Source of the DNA: an uncultured Chitinophagales bacterium
Lineage (GTDB): Bacteria; Bacteroidota; Rhodothermia; Balneolales; HLUCCA01
DNA length: 64,000 bases
Direction: 5' to 3'
Assembly (NCBI GenBank): GCA_964509715.1
Contig: CAZDYD010000003.1
Location: 1,436 to 65,435 of the forward strand
Position numbers and translations under genes: made by a program. Position 1 is the stretch's first letter. Each line of letters starts with the position of its first letter. The notes beneath the pieces were generated by a model that saw only the letters and a program-made list of their open reading frames with translations, did no database searches and was not told the origin of the DNA. Positions 55,533 through 64,000 of this stretch are shown here, piece by piece.

Positions 55533-57511
55533 GTATCAAACCCGGTCAGGTGTTCAAAGAATTTCGGTACTTCCACGACGTACTGAAACATCGGATTTTC
55601 ATAGTTTTGGGGATGAGTGTGTTTGCCGGGATACTGGATGTTTTCGGATTGACCATGTTCCTTCCATTGTTGTCGATTGTACTTGGTGCCCAAAGTAGTT
55701 TACAGGGAGCCTCAGACCCGGCTAACCTTGAATTTCTGGTCAATTACTTCGACAGGTTTGGTATTAGTCTCAACCTGATCAATGTCATCATCATCATGAT
55801 GATATTCTTCTCATTGAAAGCTGTGTTCCGCTTTCTGGAAGGTTATTTCAGAGTCCTCAACCTCGAATTTTTCATGAGATCGAACCGCGAACGTCTCATT
55901 GGTTATATGCGCGACCTGCGGTACGAATCTTTTTTGAAACTCGACACAGGTCGGATTCAGAATACACTTACAGGCGAAGTAGTCAGAGTGATGATGTCAT
56001 TACAACACTACTTGGTCGTACTTCAGCAACTCATTGTCTTATTAGTATACGTGGTGTTCGCTATCGTTGCGAATCCGGCCTTTGCTTTGATGCTGGCTAC
56101 CGGTGCACTACTTACCAACCTGATTATCTCGAGGTTTTACAAACGCATAAAATGGTGGTCGAACAAACTTACGGGCATGAACAACGAGTACCATGGATTT
56201 TTGACACAAGAAGTTCAACATTTCAAGTACCTGAAAGCCACCGGTATAATTGTATCATTTACTGAAAAACTCTTCGGATCAGTTCGTGAAATTGAAAAAT
56301 CGAACCGAAAAATGGGACTCATGTTCTGGGTGGTTCAGGCGCTACGTGAACCGCTCCTGTTGGTCGTATTGTTTACTGTAATCGTAATTGAAGTCCAGGT
56401 GTTGCAAGGAAATGTAGCTTTAATGTTACTGAGTCTGTTGTTCACATACCGGGCGCTCACTGTCGCAATGCAACTGCAACTTGATTGGAGTAATTTTTTG
56501 CAAGTATCGGGTTCCTTACAGAATCACAAAGAATTCGAACGGGAGTTGCGTGGAGGCAGAGAACGTAAAGAGGCGTGGATGTCGCATTACTCCGTGGATG
56601 AAGATGACATCGATTCGGATTTGGAAACACCCCTCAGCACTACGATCCGATCATCGGAGTCTGGCACGATCGATGAAGACAGGTCGAAAAATGCCGATCA
56701 AACCTCATCCGTGAAAGATGTTAACGTTGATGATGTCAACCCAACACCTGAACGTGTAGATACTTCAGTGATCGATGATTCATATCCGTTCATCAAGATC
56801 CAGAATATGAATCTGCAATTTGATGGAAAGTTCATATTAAAGGATATTAACCTTGAGGTGCGTCAAAACACCAGTGTAGCCATTGTTGGAGCCAGCGGCT
56901 CAGGCAAAACCACACTTGTAAATGTAATTTGTGGGCTATTACGTCCGTCGTCGGGTATTATCTGGTTACATGGACGATCCATGAACATGATGCATCCTTC
57001 TGAGTTTCGTCACCGATACGGTTATATAACCCAAGAACCAGTTATTTTCAATGATACTCTGTTTAACAACATCACCTTATGGGATGAAAAAACCGAAGAG
57101 TCCAGACGTAAATTCGACCATGTTGTAGAGCAGGCGTATTTGGGAGACGTGATGCGTGACATGCCAAAAGGGAGTGATAGCATGCTGGGTCCGAATGGCA
57201 TAAACATCAGTGGTGGACAAAAACAGCGTATTGCTATAGCACGTGAACTGTATCGTGACACTGAAATCCTTATAATGGATGAAGCCACTTCCTCATTGGA
57301 CTCCGAGTCTGAAAAAATCATTCAAACGCAGATCGATAGATTGAAAGACACACACACGTTGCTCATCGTAGCGCACAGGTTGTCAACCATTAGAAATGCT
57401 GACCTCGTTGTGTTAATGAACGATGGACGAATAGAGACTACTGGAACGTTCCATGAGCTGATGCAACGTTCACAAACATTCAAGCGCATGGTTGAATTAC
57501 AGGATTTGTGA
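55529..57511 (+). CDS. Type-I ABC exporter, fused permease/ATPase (MsbA-like) with acidic inter-domain insertion
   Basis: 6-TM N-terminal half. The NBD carries Walker A GASGSGKTT, signature ISGGQKQRIAIAR and Walker B ILIMDEATS. A ~80-aa D/E/S-rich insertion lies between the TMD and NBD. Confidence 0.92.
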   Translation: MSIKPGQVFKEFRYFHDVLKHRIFIVLGMSVFAGILDVFGLTMFLPLLSIVLGAQSSLQGASDPANLEFLVNYFDRFGISLNLINVIIIMMIFFSLKAVFRFLEGYFRVLNLEFFMRSNRERLIGYMRDLRYESFLKLDTGRIQNTLTGEVVRVMMSLQHYLVVLQQLIVLLVYVVFAIVANPAFALMLATGALLTNLIISRFYKRIKWWSNKLTGMNNEYHGFLTQEVQHFKYLKATGIIVSFTEKLFGSVREIEKSNRKMGLMFWVVQALREPLLLVVLFTVIVIEVQVLQGNVALMLLSLLFTYRALTVAMQLQLDWSNFLQVSGSLQNHKEFERELRGGRERKEAWMSHYSVDEDDIDSDLETPLSTTIRSSESGTIDEDRSKNADQTSSVKDVNVDDVNPTPERVDTSVIDDSYPFIKIQNMNLQFDGKFILKDINLEVRQNTSVAIVGASGSGKTTLVNVICGLLRPSSGIIWLHGRSMNMMHPSEFRHRYGYITQEPVIFNDTLFNNITLWDEKTEESRRKFDHVVEQAYLGDVMRDMPKGSDSMLGPNGINISGGQKQRIAIARELYRDTEILIMDEATSSLDSESEKIIQTQIDRLKDTHTLLIVAHRLSTIRNADLVVLMNDGRIETTGTFHELMQRSQTFKRMVELQDL

Positions 57512-57607
57512 TGTTGATCATTATTTCGGAGTTCAGGTTATGATATCATCCAGTTTAGATCGTTGGATTTAATTATGCATTCGGATAAAAACGGTTAGGT
57601 CACATAT

Positions 57608-59425
57608 ATGAGTGCTGATGCAATTTTAACCATAGTAACAATTCTGGCGGTGTTATTGGCATTGTTCAGAGAGGTGACACGTCCGGATGTGATTTTCATT
57701 GTCGGACTATTGTTCCTGATGGTGACCGGCGTGTTGACACCCAATCAGGCTTTCAGTGGATTTGCGAATCCTGCAGTATTCACCGTCGGGGCATTGTTCA
57801 TAGTGGCAGCAGGAATTCAGCGTACCCGTGCACTCGGATTTCTGGATCATGTGGTCTTCAATGATCAGTTTTCAGCGCGAAAGGTTTTGGCAAGAATGAT
57901 GGCATCGACTGCAACTATGAGTTCGTTTCTGAATAACACTCCCATTGTGGCCATGCTCATCCCTCAGGTTCAACAATGGTCAGATAGAACAGGAATTCCA
58001 GCATCAAAACTATTGATTCCACTATCGTATGCAGCTATCGTTGGCGGTGTTGTGACATTGATTGGAACATCGACCAACATCATCGTATCTGGAATGCTCG
58101 AACAGAGGGGGATAGCTCCACTGGCACTGTTCGAGTTAACATGGATCGGGCTGCCTGCTGCAGTATTATTGGTTATCTGGTTCGTTACGTTTGGATACAG
58201 AATGCTACCGGAGCGAAAAGTAAAAGCAGAGGTGAAGAATCCGGGGTTTGAGAATGAACCAGCAATACAATCGGGTGATTCGAACTCCCATTCGAATGGG
58301 AACGGTTATCAGATGGATCTGAAAGTTGGACCAGAGTCAGTATTGATCGGACAAACTGTGGAAGATGCCGGACTACGTGGGTTAGAGCATGCCTTCTTGA
58401 TCCACGTACATCGCCATGGACGCACCATTGGTCCGATTGGTCCCCACTTTATCCTTGAGGAAGGGGATATTTTGACTTTTATCGGTGATGTAAAGGCCAT
58501 CGATGAGATGAGTGTCAGAAAAGGTTTGGCTCGGGGTACACCTGTGCTTGACGCCAGTGAACCTGATCTCCCACTTTTTGAAGCCGTCGTCGCGCCGACA
58601 TCCATTTTGGTCGGTAAAACATTGAAACAGATAGAATTTCGGGAACGGTTTCATGCAGTGGTGATCGGAATACAGCGCCAGACAGAAGAGATTCGTGGTG
58701 CATTGGGAAATCTACCCATTGAAGCGGGTGATCTGTTGCTTATCGAATCCAAAGAAGGTTTTGATGAGCGTGCCAATAATGATAAGGACAACTTCTACTT
58801 GGTTACACGCAAGGGCTCACGGCAACTACCGGTGAACAAAAAAGCTCGATTGGCCCTGATGTTAACAGGCCTAATGATTCTGATTGCAACATTTGAAATC
58901 ATTCCGATCGTGACGGCCGCCATGATCACGGCCGCAGTAATGATCTATACAGGATGTGTGAAAAAAGATCAGATCATGGCATCGTTGAATCTACCCATAT
59001 TGTTGGTTATAGCTGCAGCGATTGGTTTGGGTCAGGCTATTGAAACGACGGGACTTGCCGTAAACGCCGCCGGGCTCATTAACGAATATACCGCGGTGTT
59101 TGGTCCAATCGCGATCATCGCTGGAGTGTATATTCTTACAAATATACTTACAGAGCTCATTACCAATAATGCAGCGGCTGTGCTTATGTTGCCGATTGCA
59201 CTTGCATTAGGAATCGAAACGGGAATCACTCCTCATGCTATGGCTGTGACCGTTGCTATTGCTGCATCGGCCAGTTTTCTGACTCCAATCGGGTATCAGA
59301 CGAACCTCATGGTTATGGGGGCGGGACGCTACAGGTTCAAAGATTACCTGAAGGCTGGTTTCCCGGTGACCCTTTTCATGTTAATTCTCACTATCTTTAC
59401 CGTAGATTTTATCTGGAACCGTTAA
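57608..59425 (+). CDS. SLC13/DASS-family anion permease with two internal TrkA-C (RCK_C) domains; probable sulfate uptake
   Basis: Two hydrophobic halves flank a ~200-aa soluble region with a duplicated TrkA-C-like motif (LIGQTVEDAGLRGLEHAFLIHVHRHGR and LVGKTLKQIEFRERFHAVVIGIQRQTE). Immediately upstream of cysD. Confidence 0.85.
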   Translation: MSADAILTIVTILAVLLALFREVTRPDVIFIVGLLFLMVTGVLTPNQAFSGFANPAVFTVGALFIVAAGIQRTRALGFLDHVVFNDQFSARKVLARMMASTATMSSFLNNTPIVAMLIPQVQQWSDRTGIPASKLLIPLSYAAIVGGVVTLIGTSTNIIVSGMLEQRGIAPLALFELTWIGLPAAVLLVIWFVTFGYRMLPERKVKAEVKNPGFENEPAIQSGDSNSHSNGNGYQMDLKVGPESVLIGQTVEDAGLRGLEHAFLIHVHRHGRTIGPIGPHFILEEGDILTFIGDVKAIDEMSVRKGLARGTPVLDASEPDLPLFEAVVAPTSILVGKTLKQIEFRERFHAVVIGIQRQTEEIRGALGNLPIEAGDLLLIESKEGFDERANNDKDNFYLVTRKGSRQLPVNKKARLALMLTGLMILIATFEIIPIVTAAMITAAVMIYTGCVKKDQIMASLNLPILLVIAAAIGLGQAIETTGLAVNAAGLINEYTAVFGPIAIIAGVYILTNILTELITNNAAAVLMLPIALALGIETGITPHAMAVTVAIAASASFLTPIGYQTNLMVMGAGRYRFKDYLKAGFPVTLFMLILTIFTVDFIWNR

Positions 59426-59510
59426 CTGGGGGATTGAACGCATCGTTTGTACTAACTCTGCGTTGATCAACTAAAAACCTCAAGTAAATGGTGAACACCA
59501 AAACGTCATC

Positions 59511-60407
59511 ATGCAAACATCTCATTTAAAAATTCTTGAAAATGAAGCGATTCACGTAATGCGTGAAGTAGCCGCTCAATTCGAACGACCAGCATTGCTG
59601 TTTTCCGGAGGGAAAGACTCAATTATCATGGTCCATCTGGCCAGGAAGGCATTTTATCCGGCAAGGATTCCCTTTCCATTAATCCATATCGATACCGGAC
59701 ATAATTTTTCGGAGACCATTGAATTCCGTGATTGGTTGGTCAAAGAAACTGGTGCCCGACTCATAGTAGGACATGTTCAAGACAGTATAGATGCCGGACG
59801 TGTTGTCGAAGAAACGGGTCCTGAAGCCAGTCGAAACGGACTTCAAACGGTCACCCTACTCGATACGCTGAAAAAGCATCAAATCGATGCCGCACTCGGT
59901 GGAGGTCGACGAGATGAAGAAAAAGCACGTGCCAAAGAGCGTTTTTTCTCCCACCGGGACATTTTCGGACAATGGGATCCCAAGAACCAACGACCTGAGT
60001 TGTGGAACTTGTACAATGGTCGCAAAAACCAGGGAGAACAATTCCGTGTATTTCCCATATCGAACTGGACCGAAATGGATGTGTGGCAATACATCGCTTT
60101 GGAGAACATCGCCATCCCAAGTATCTATTTCGCACATAAGCGAAACGTGTTCAATCGTCGTGGCACCTGGCTGGACGACAACGAATTTATACAGCGATAT
60201 CCTGATGAAGTGGTTGAGAATCGCATCGTGAGGTTCCGAACCATTGGTGATGCGACATGTACAGGAGCTGTCTTATCGGAGGCATCGAACCTGGATGAGA
60301 TCATTCAGGAAGTCGCAGCTGCCCGTCAGACAGAACGTGGAAACAGACATGATGACAAGCGTTCTGAGACGGCCATGGAAGATCGCAAAAGAGCCGGGTA
60401 CTTCTAG
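59511..60407 (+). CDS. cysD: Sulfate adenylyltransferase subunit 2
   Basis: LKILENEAIHVMREV, PP-loop LLFSGGKDS, HIDTGHNF, RVFPISNWTEMDVWQYI and the C-terminal RKRAGYF*. Confidence 0.96.
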   Translation: MQTSHLKILENEAIHVMREVAAQFERPALLFSGGKDSIIMVHLARKAFYPARIPFPLIHIDTGHNFSETIEFRDWLVKETGARLIVGHVQDSIDAGRVVEETGPEASRNGLQTVTLLDTLKKHQIDAALGGGRRDEEKARAKERFFSHRDIFGQWDPKNQRPELWNLYNGRKNQGEQFRVFPISNWTEMDVWQYIALENIAIPSIYFAHKRNVFNRRGTWLDDNEFIQRYPDEVVENRIVRFRTIGDATCTGAVLSEASNLDEIIQEVAAARQTERGNRHDDKRSETAMEDRKRAGYF

Positions 60408-60591
60408 TTTTTGTGAAACCCACCACTGACACCTATTTGAATGTGTAGTGTTGAATGTGGTTATCCGCTGAGTTTTGCTTCAAAAAAATAGGCGTCTAAA
60501 CATTATTCAACACGACAGGGAATTTATGGTGTTCTATGTGGAGTAAGTAGCCACAAAAATTATCCAAAAGACCATTTAATATTTTTTTTAT

Positions 60592-62475
60592 ATGTCATAC
60601 CTAGAAATGGATTTACTTCGGTTCAGTACAGCTGGATCGGTTGATGATGGAAAGAGCACACTGATCGGTCGTCTTTTGTACGATTCAAAGTCGATATTTG
60701 AAGACCAGATGGAGGCCATAGAGAAGACATCCAAGAACACTGGTGAAGAAGGAGTGAATCTGGCGTTGCTCACCGATGGACTTCGGGCCGAGCGTGAGCA
60801 GAAGATCACCATTGATGTAGCCTACCGTTATTTTGCTACACCGAAACGTAAATTTATTATAGCCGACACCCCGGGACATATCCAGTACACACGTAACATG
60901 GTTACCGGGGCTTCTACAGCTGACTTGGCCATCATCTTGGTAGATGCTCGAAAAGGAGTCCTGACTCAATCGAAAAGACACTCTTTTATCGCATCACTTT
61001 TACAGATTCCGCACATGGTCGTGGCCGTGAACAAAATGGATCTGGTTGAGTATAGTGAAGATCGATTCAATGAAATCGTAGATGATTTCAAGAAGTTCGC
61101 TCAAAAACTCGAGATCGACGACATTACTTTTATACCTATTTCGGCCCTCAAGGGGGATAACATTGTAAACAAGGGGGATAACATGCCTTGGTACAATGGT
61201 TCTACTCTGTTGCACACCTTGGAGAATGTCAACGTGGGATCACGTCGAAACATGATCGATTTCAGATTTCCGGTACAGTACGTTGTTCGACCGAATCAGG
61301 ATTTTCGCGGATTTGCAGGGACAGTAGCATCGGGTACAATCAGGGTGGGTGAGGATATTACAGTACTTCCATCACGATTTAAAAGCAAAGTGAAGGAAGT
61401 TTGGCAATATGACAAAAGTATTCAGGAAGCCTACAGCGGTGAGTCCGTCGTCATAACCATTGAAGACGAAATCGACATCAGCCGAGGTGATATGCTGGTC
61501 CGTAGTGGGAACCTACCCTCTGTAAACCAGGAGTTTGAGGCATTTGTCTGCTGGATGAACGAACAGGCCATGGAACCCGGCAAGAGTTATTATATTCAAC
61601 ATACCACTCGAATGGCTATGGCCATTCCGGATAAAGTACGATACAAAATCGATGTGGATACACTTCACCGGGAGCAGACCGACACTCTGCAACTCAATGA
61701 AATAGGTCGCGTTCGTATAAAAGTCTCTCAACCCATTTTCAGCGATCCATATAAAATAAATAATGCCACTGGTAGTTTTATACTGATCGATTCTGCATCG
61801 AATGTCACGGTTGGTGCCGGAATGATCAGGGCAATTTACACCGATGAGAATGGGGCAGAAGTAAATGTGGATGAATCATTTGCTACTGCGCCCCATCGTA
61901 ATATCGTTTGGGAACCGTGGAATATTCCACGTGAAATCCGTGAAAAGCGGAATGGACATCCTGCTAAAGTACTCTGGTTCACTGGAGTGTCTGGCGCAGG
62001 GAAGTCTACAATTGCTCGTGCACTTGAGCAAAAACTCTACGAATCCGGGAAGCAGACCATGCTTTTGGATGGGGATCAGGTACGCCACGGACTCAATGCT
62101 GATCTCGGATTTGATCCGAAGGACCGAACTGAAAACATTCGTAGGGTTGGTGAAGTGGCCCGACTTTTCTACGAACATGGTAATATCGTGCTCTGTACCT
62201 TCGTATCTCCCTATAAATCTGATCGGGATGCGGTGCGATCCTTGTTCCCGGATGGGGATTTTATCGAGATTCATGTAACGGCAGATCATCAAACTCTGAT
62301 TGAACGTGATCCCAAGGGACTATACAAGAAAGCACAATCGGGCGAGATTACCAACCTGACTGGTTTCAATGCGGGGCATGAAGCTCCGGTCCACTCAGAT
62401 GCGATTCAGATTGACACAACCATGATGAGTGTCGATGATGCCATCGAAGTGGTTCTAAAGCGATTGGCTCAGTAA
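60592..62475 (+). CDS. cysNC: Bifunctional sulfate adenylyltransferase subunit 1 / adenylylsulfate kinase
   Basis: GTPase motifs GSVDDGKSTLIGRL, DTPGH and NKMD. The C-terminal APS kinase has the P-loop FTGVSGAGKSTIA and LDGDQVRHGLN. Confidence 0.96.
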   Translation: MSYLEMDLLRFSTAGSVDDGKSTLIGRLLYDSKSIFEDQMEAIEKTSKNTGEEGVNLALLTDGLRAEREQKITIDVAYRYFATPKRKFIIADTPGHIQYTRNMVTGASTADLAIILVDARKGVLTQSKRHSFIASLLQIPHMVVAVNKMDLVEYSEDRFNEIVDDFKKFAQKLEIDDITFIPISALKGDNIVNKGDNMPWYNGSTLLHTLENVNVGSRRNMIDFRFPVQYVVRPNQDFRGFAGTVASGTIRVGEDITVLPSRFKSKVKEVWQYDKSIQEAYSGESVVITIEDEIDISRGDMLVRSGNLPSVNQEFEAFVCWMNEQAMEPGKSYYIQHTTRMAMAIPDKVRYKIDVDTLHREQTDTLQLNEIGRVRIKVSQPIFSDPYKINNATGSFILIDSASNVTVGAGMIRAIYTDENGAEVNVDESFATAPHRNIVWEPWNIPREIREKRNGHPAKVLWFTGVSGAGKSTIARALEQKLYESGKQTMLLDGDQVRHGLNADLGFDPKDRTENIRRVGEVARLFYEHGNIVLCTFVSPYKSDRDAVRSLFPDGDFIEIHVTADHQTLIERDPKGLYKKAQSGEITNLTGFNAGHEAPVHSDAIQIDTTMMSVDDAIEVVLKRLAQ

Positions 62476-62484
62476 GCCACCCTA

Positions 62485-64000
62485 ATGTTCAAAGATTACG
62501 CAAGAGCATTACATCTAATCTGGAAAGCGGATCCCAAAAACGCTTTTAGCCAGGTTATCGCGCAATCTTTGCTGGCTGTTTTGCCGGTTTTGATACTTGC
62601 TGCAATTAAATCCATGTTTGATTCGATTGCAGCTGAAAATCCGGTGATGGATGTTGCTGTGCACGCGCTCGTGATCCTCGCAGCTCTTACATTATTTCAA
62701 TCGGCTGTAACCCAATGGTTACAGTATCTTTCAACCACTCATCAGCAGCGACTTACGGATTATGTAGCCGGGCATATACTCGAAAAATCGATACATATTC
62801 CGTATACCTACTTTGAGGATCATCAGTATCATGACTCGTTGCACCTGGCCCAACGACAGTCTATTTTCAAACTTCCCCAGGTATTCCAGCAATTTCAGTT
62901 GCTGGGGACCAATATGCTATCCCTTGTGCTGTTGGTCGCATACTTCTTTTCTCTGATAACCACCTATGCATGGGTCATCTTGTTGGTATCCATTCCGGTT
63001 GCCGGCATAAAATGGTTCAGTGGATTCGCATTGCAACGTTTGGAACGCAAACTGGTCCCGGCCGAAAGAGAGGCAGGGTACTATCACATGATTATGACCG
63101 GTGAAGAATATGCAAAGGAAATCCGAACATTGAACTTCGGGAGTTCTTTTCTGGAACGCTTCAACCAGCTAAGGGAGATGATCTACAACCGCAAACGAGG
63201 ACTACATCGCCGATTGTTGCTTTTCACCATGGTGGCAGAGTTGGCTGAAGTAGCCGTATTCTTTGGAATAATCTATGGTGTTATTCAACAATCATTCGCT
63301 GGACTGGTAACAATTGGATTGTTGGTCGTTTACATTCAAGGTCTGCAGAAGATCCAAACAAACCTGAAAGCCTTCTTGAACGCAGGAGTCCAACTTGCTA
63401 CTCAAAAGATGTTCCTACGGGATATTTTCCGATTTTTGGATATTGACTTCAACAAACAAGATCAGGGTGACATTTCATTTCCATCTACCCATTTTGATAT
63501 TCACATTTCCGATCTTTCTTACAGATATCCCGGAGGCCATAAATACGCGGTTAAAGATGTGAATATGACGCTGAAATCGGGGCAAGTCATAGGACTTGTC
63601 GGGGCAAATGGGTCAGGCAAATCTACATTGGTAAAATTGTTGGCCGGACTATACGAACCCGAATCAGGCTCGATCAACATCGGTGGACACCCACTCGATT
63701 CGATCAATATTGATGCATACAGAAACTCAAGTCTGTTTTTATATCAGGACTTTGAAAAGTATTTTTTAAGCGTAGAAGACATTATCAGTATTGGCCAGGA
63801 TAAAATCGAAAATCATGCCGAACGCTTACAAAATGCATTGAAAAAATCGGATGCGGAAGCGTTTGTACGCAGTCTACCTGATGGTGTAAAAACCAAAATG
63901 GGAAGAATTTTCAGAGATGGAGCCCAGTTGAGTGGCGGACAATGGCAAAAATTATCCATAGCCCGGGCTTTTTATCGTCAGCCGAAAATCGTGGTTCTTG
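62485..64000 (+). CDS. Type-I ABC exporter, fused permease/ATPase (second MsbA-like); 3' end beyond the window
   Basis: ATG at 62485, with the frame open to the window edge, so it is not in the ORF track. The TM half is followed by Walker A GANGSGKSTL (from nt 63601, in frame) and the signature LSGGQWQKLSIARAF. Confidence 0.9.
   Translation, partial: MFKDYARALHLIWKADPKNAFSQVIAQSLLAVLPVLILAAIKSMFDSIAAENPVMDVAVHALVILAALTLFQSAVTQWLQYLSTTHQQRLTDYVAGHILEKSIHIPYTYFEDHQYHDSLHLAQRQSIFKLPQVFQQFQLLGTNMLSLVLLVAYFFSLITTYAWVILLVSIPVAGIKWFSGFALQRLERKLVPAEREAGYYHMIMTGEEYAKEIRTLNFGSSFLERFNQLREMIYNRKRGLHRRLLLFTMVAELAEVAVFFGIIYGVIQQSFAGLVTIGLLVVYIQGLQKIQTNLKAFLNAGVQLATQKMFLRDIFRFLDIDFNKQDQGDISFPSTHFDIHISDLSYRYPGGHKYAVKDVNMTLKSGQVIGLVGANGSGKSTLVKLLAGLYEPESGSINIGGHPLDSINIDAYRNSSLFLYQDFEKYFLSVEDIISIGQDKIENHAERLQNALKKSDAEAFVRSLPDGVKTKMGRIFRDGAQLSGGQWQKLSIARAFYRQPKIVVL

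Noticed and set aside
13236-64000. Horizontally acquired genomic island or mobile element
   Set aside because: No integrase, transposase, tRNA attachment site or flanking direct repeats are visible in the window. Compositional deviation cannot be computed reliably by eye.

Overview
By eye this is a ~45% GC window from a Bacteroidota/FCB-type genome. Supporting signs are a T9SS C-terminal sorting domain, a UpxY-type NusG paralog and a TonB-dependent receptor. No homology search was possible, so all calls rest on motifs read from the supplied translations. The first ~13 kb holds mixed housekeeping genes: hemL, an MFS pump, a HemY-type protoporphyrinogen oxidase, a TonB receptor, an AhpD-like protein, an Omp85-like protein, mutS2 and a TauE/SafE permease. 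From 13.2 kb to the window edge (~50 kb, more than 40 genes, all on the + strand, mostly overlapping or under 50 nt apart) lies one very large surface-glycan locus. It runs in this order: UpxY antiterminator, wHTH protein, giant Wza-like OPX, Wzz-like PCP. Next comes a WbpB/WbpD/WbpE-type 2,3-diacetamido-uronic-acid module, then a Wzm/Wzt ABC exporter whose Wzt carries a C-terminal extension. A pseudaminic-acid-type nonulosonate module follows (pseB, pseC, pseG, pseI, SpsF-type cytidylyltransferase). It is interleaved with a sulfotransferase, an aldo/keto reductase, an SDR, a PIG-L deacetylase and two NodU/CmcH carbamoyltransferases. Downstream are two 'RPHP'-motif GT-B proteins plus an APH-fold kinase, several GT2/GT4 enzymes and a WaaL/Wzy-like membrane protein. 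Then come HisH/HisF paralogs with an N-acetyl-sugar amidotransferase, and a second oxidoreductase/aminotransferase pair. The locus ends with a PAPS-supply module (cysQ, SLC13 permease, cysD, cysNC) together with lhgO and two MsbA-type ABC exporters. The most interesting hypothesis is a dedicated pathway for a multiply decorated (sulfated, carbamoylated, amidino) nonulosonic-acid glycan with its own PAPS supply. This would be a Nod-factor-like decoration toolkit (NodH/NodPQ/NodU analogues) grafted onto a Pse pathway that lacks PseH. I found no rRNA, tRNA, CRISPR array, transposase or integrase. One unusual 17-unit heptanucleotide repeat sits at the carbamoyltransferase/pseI junction.
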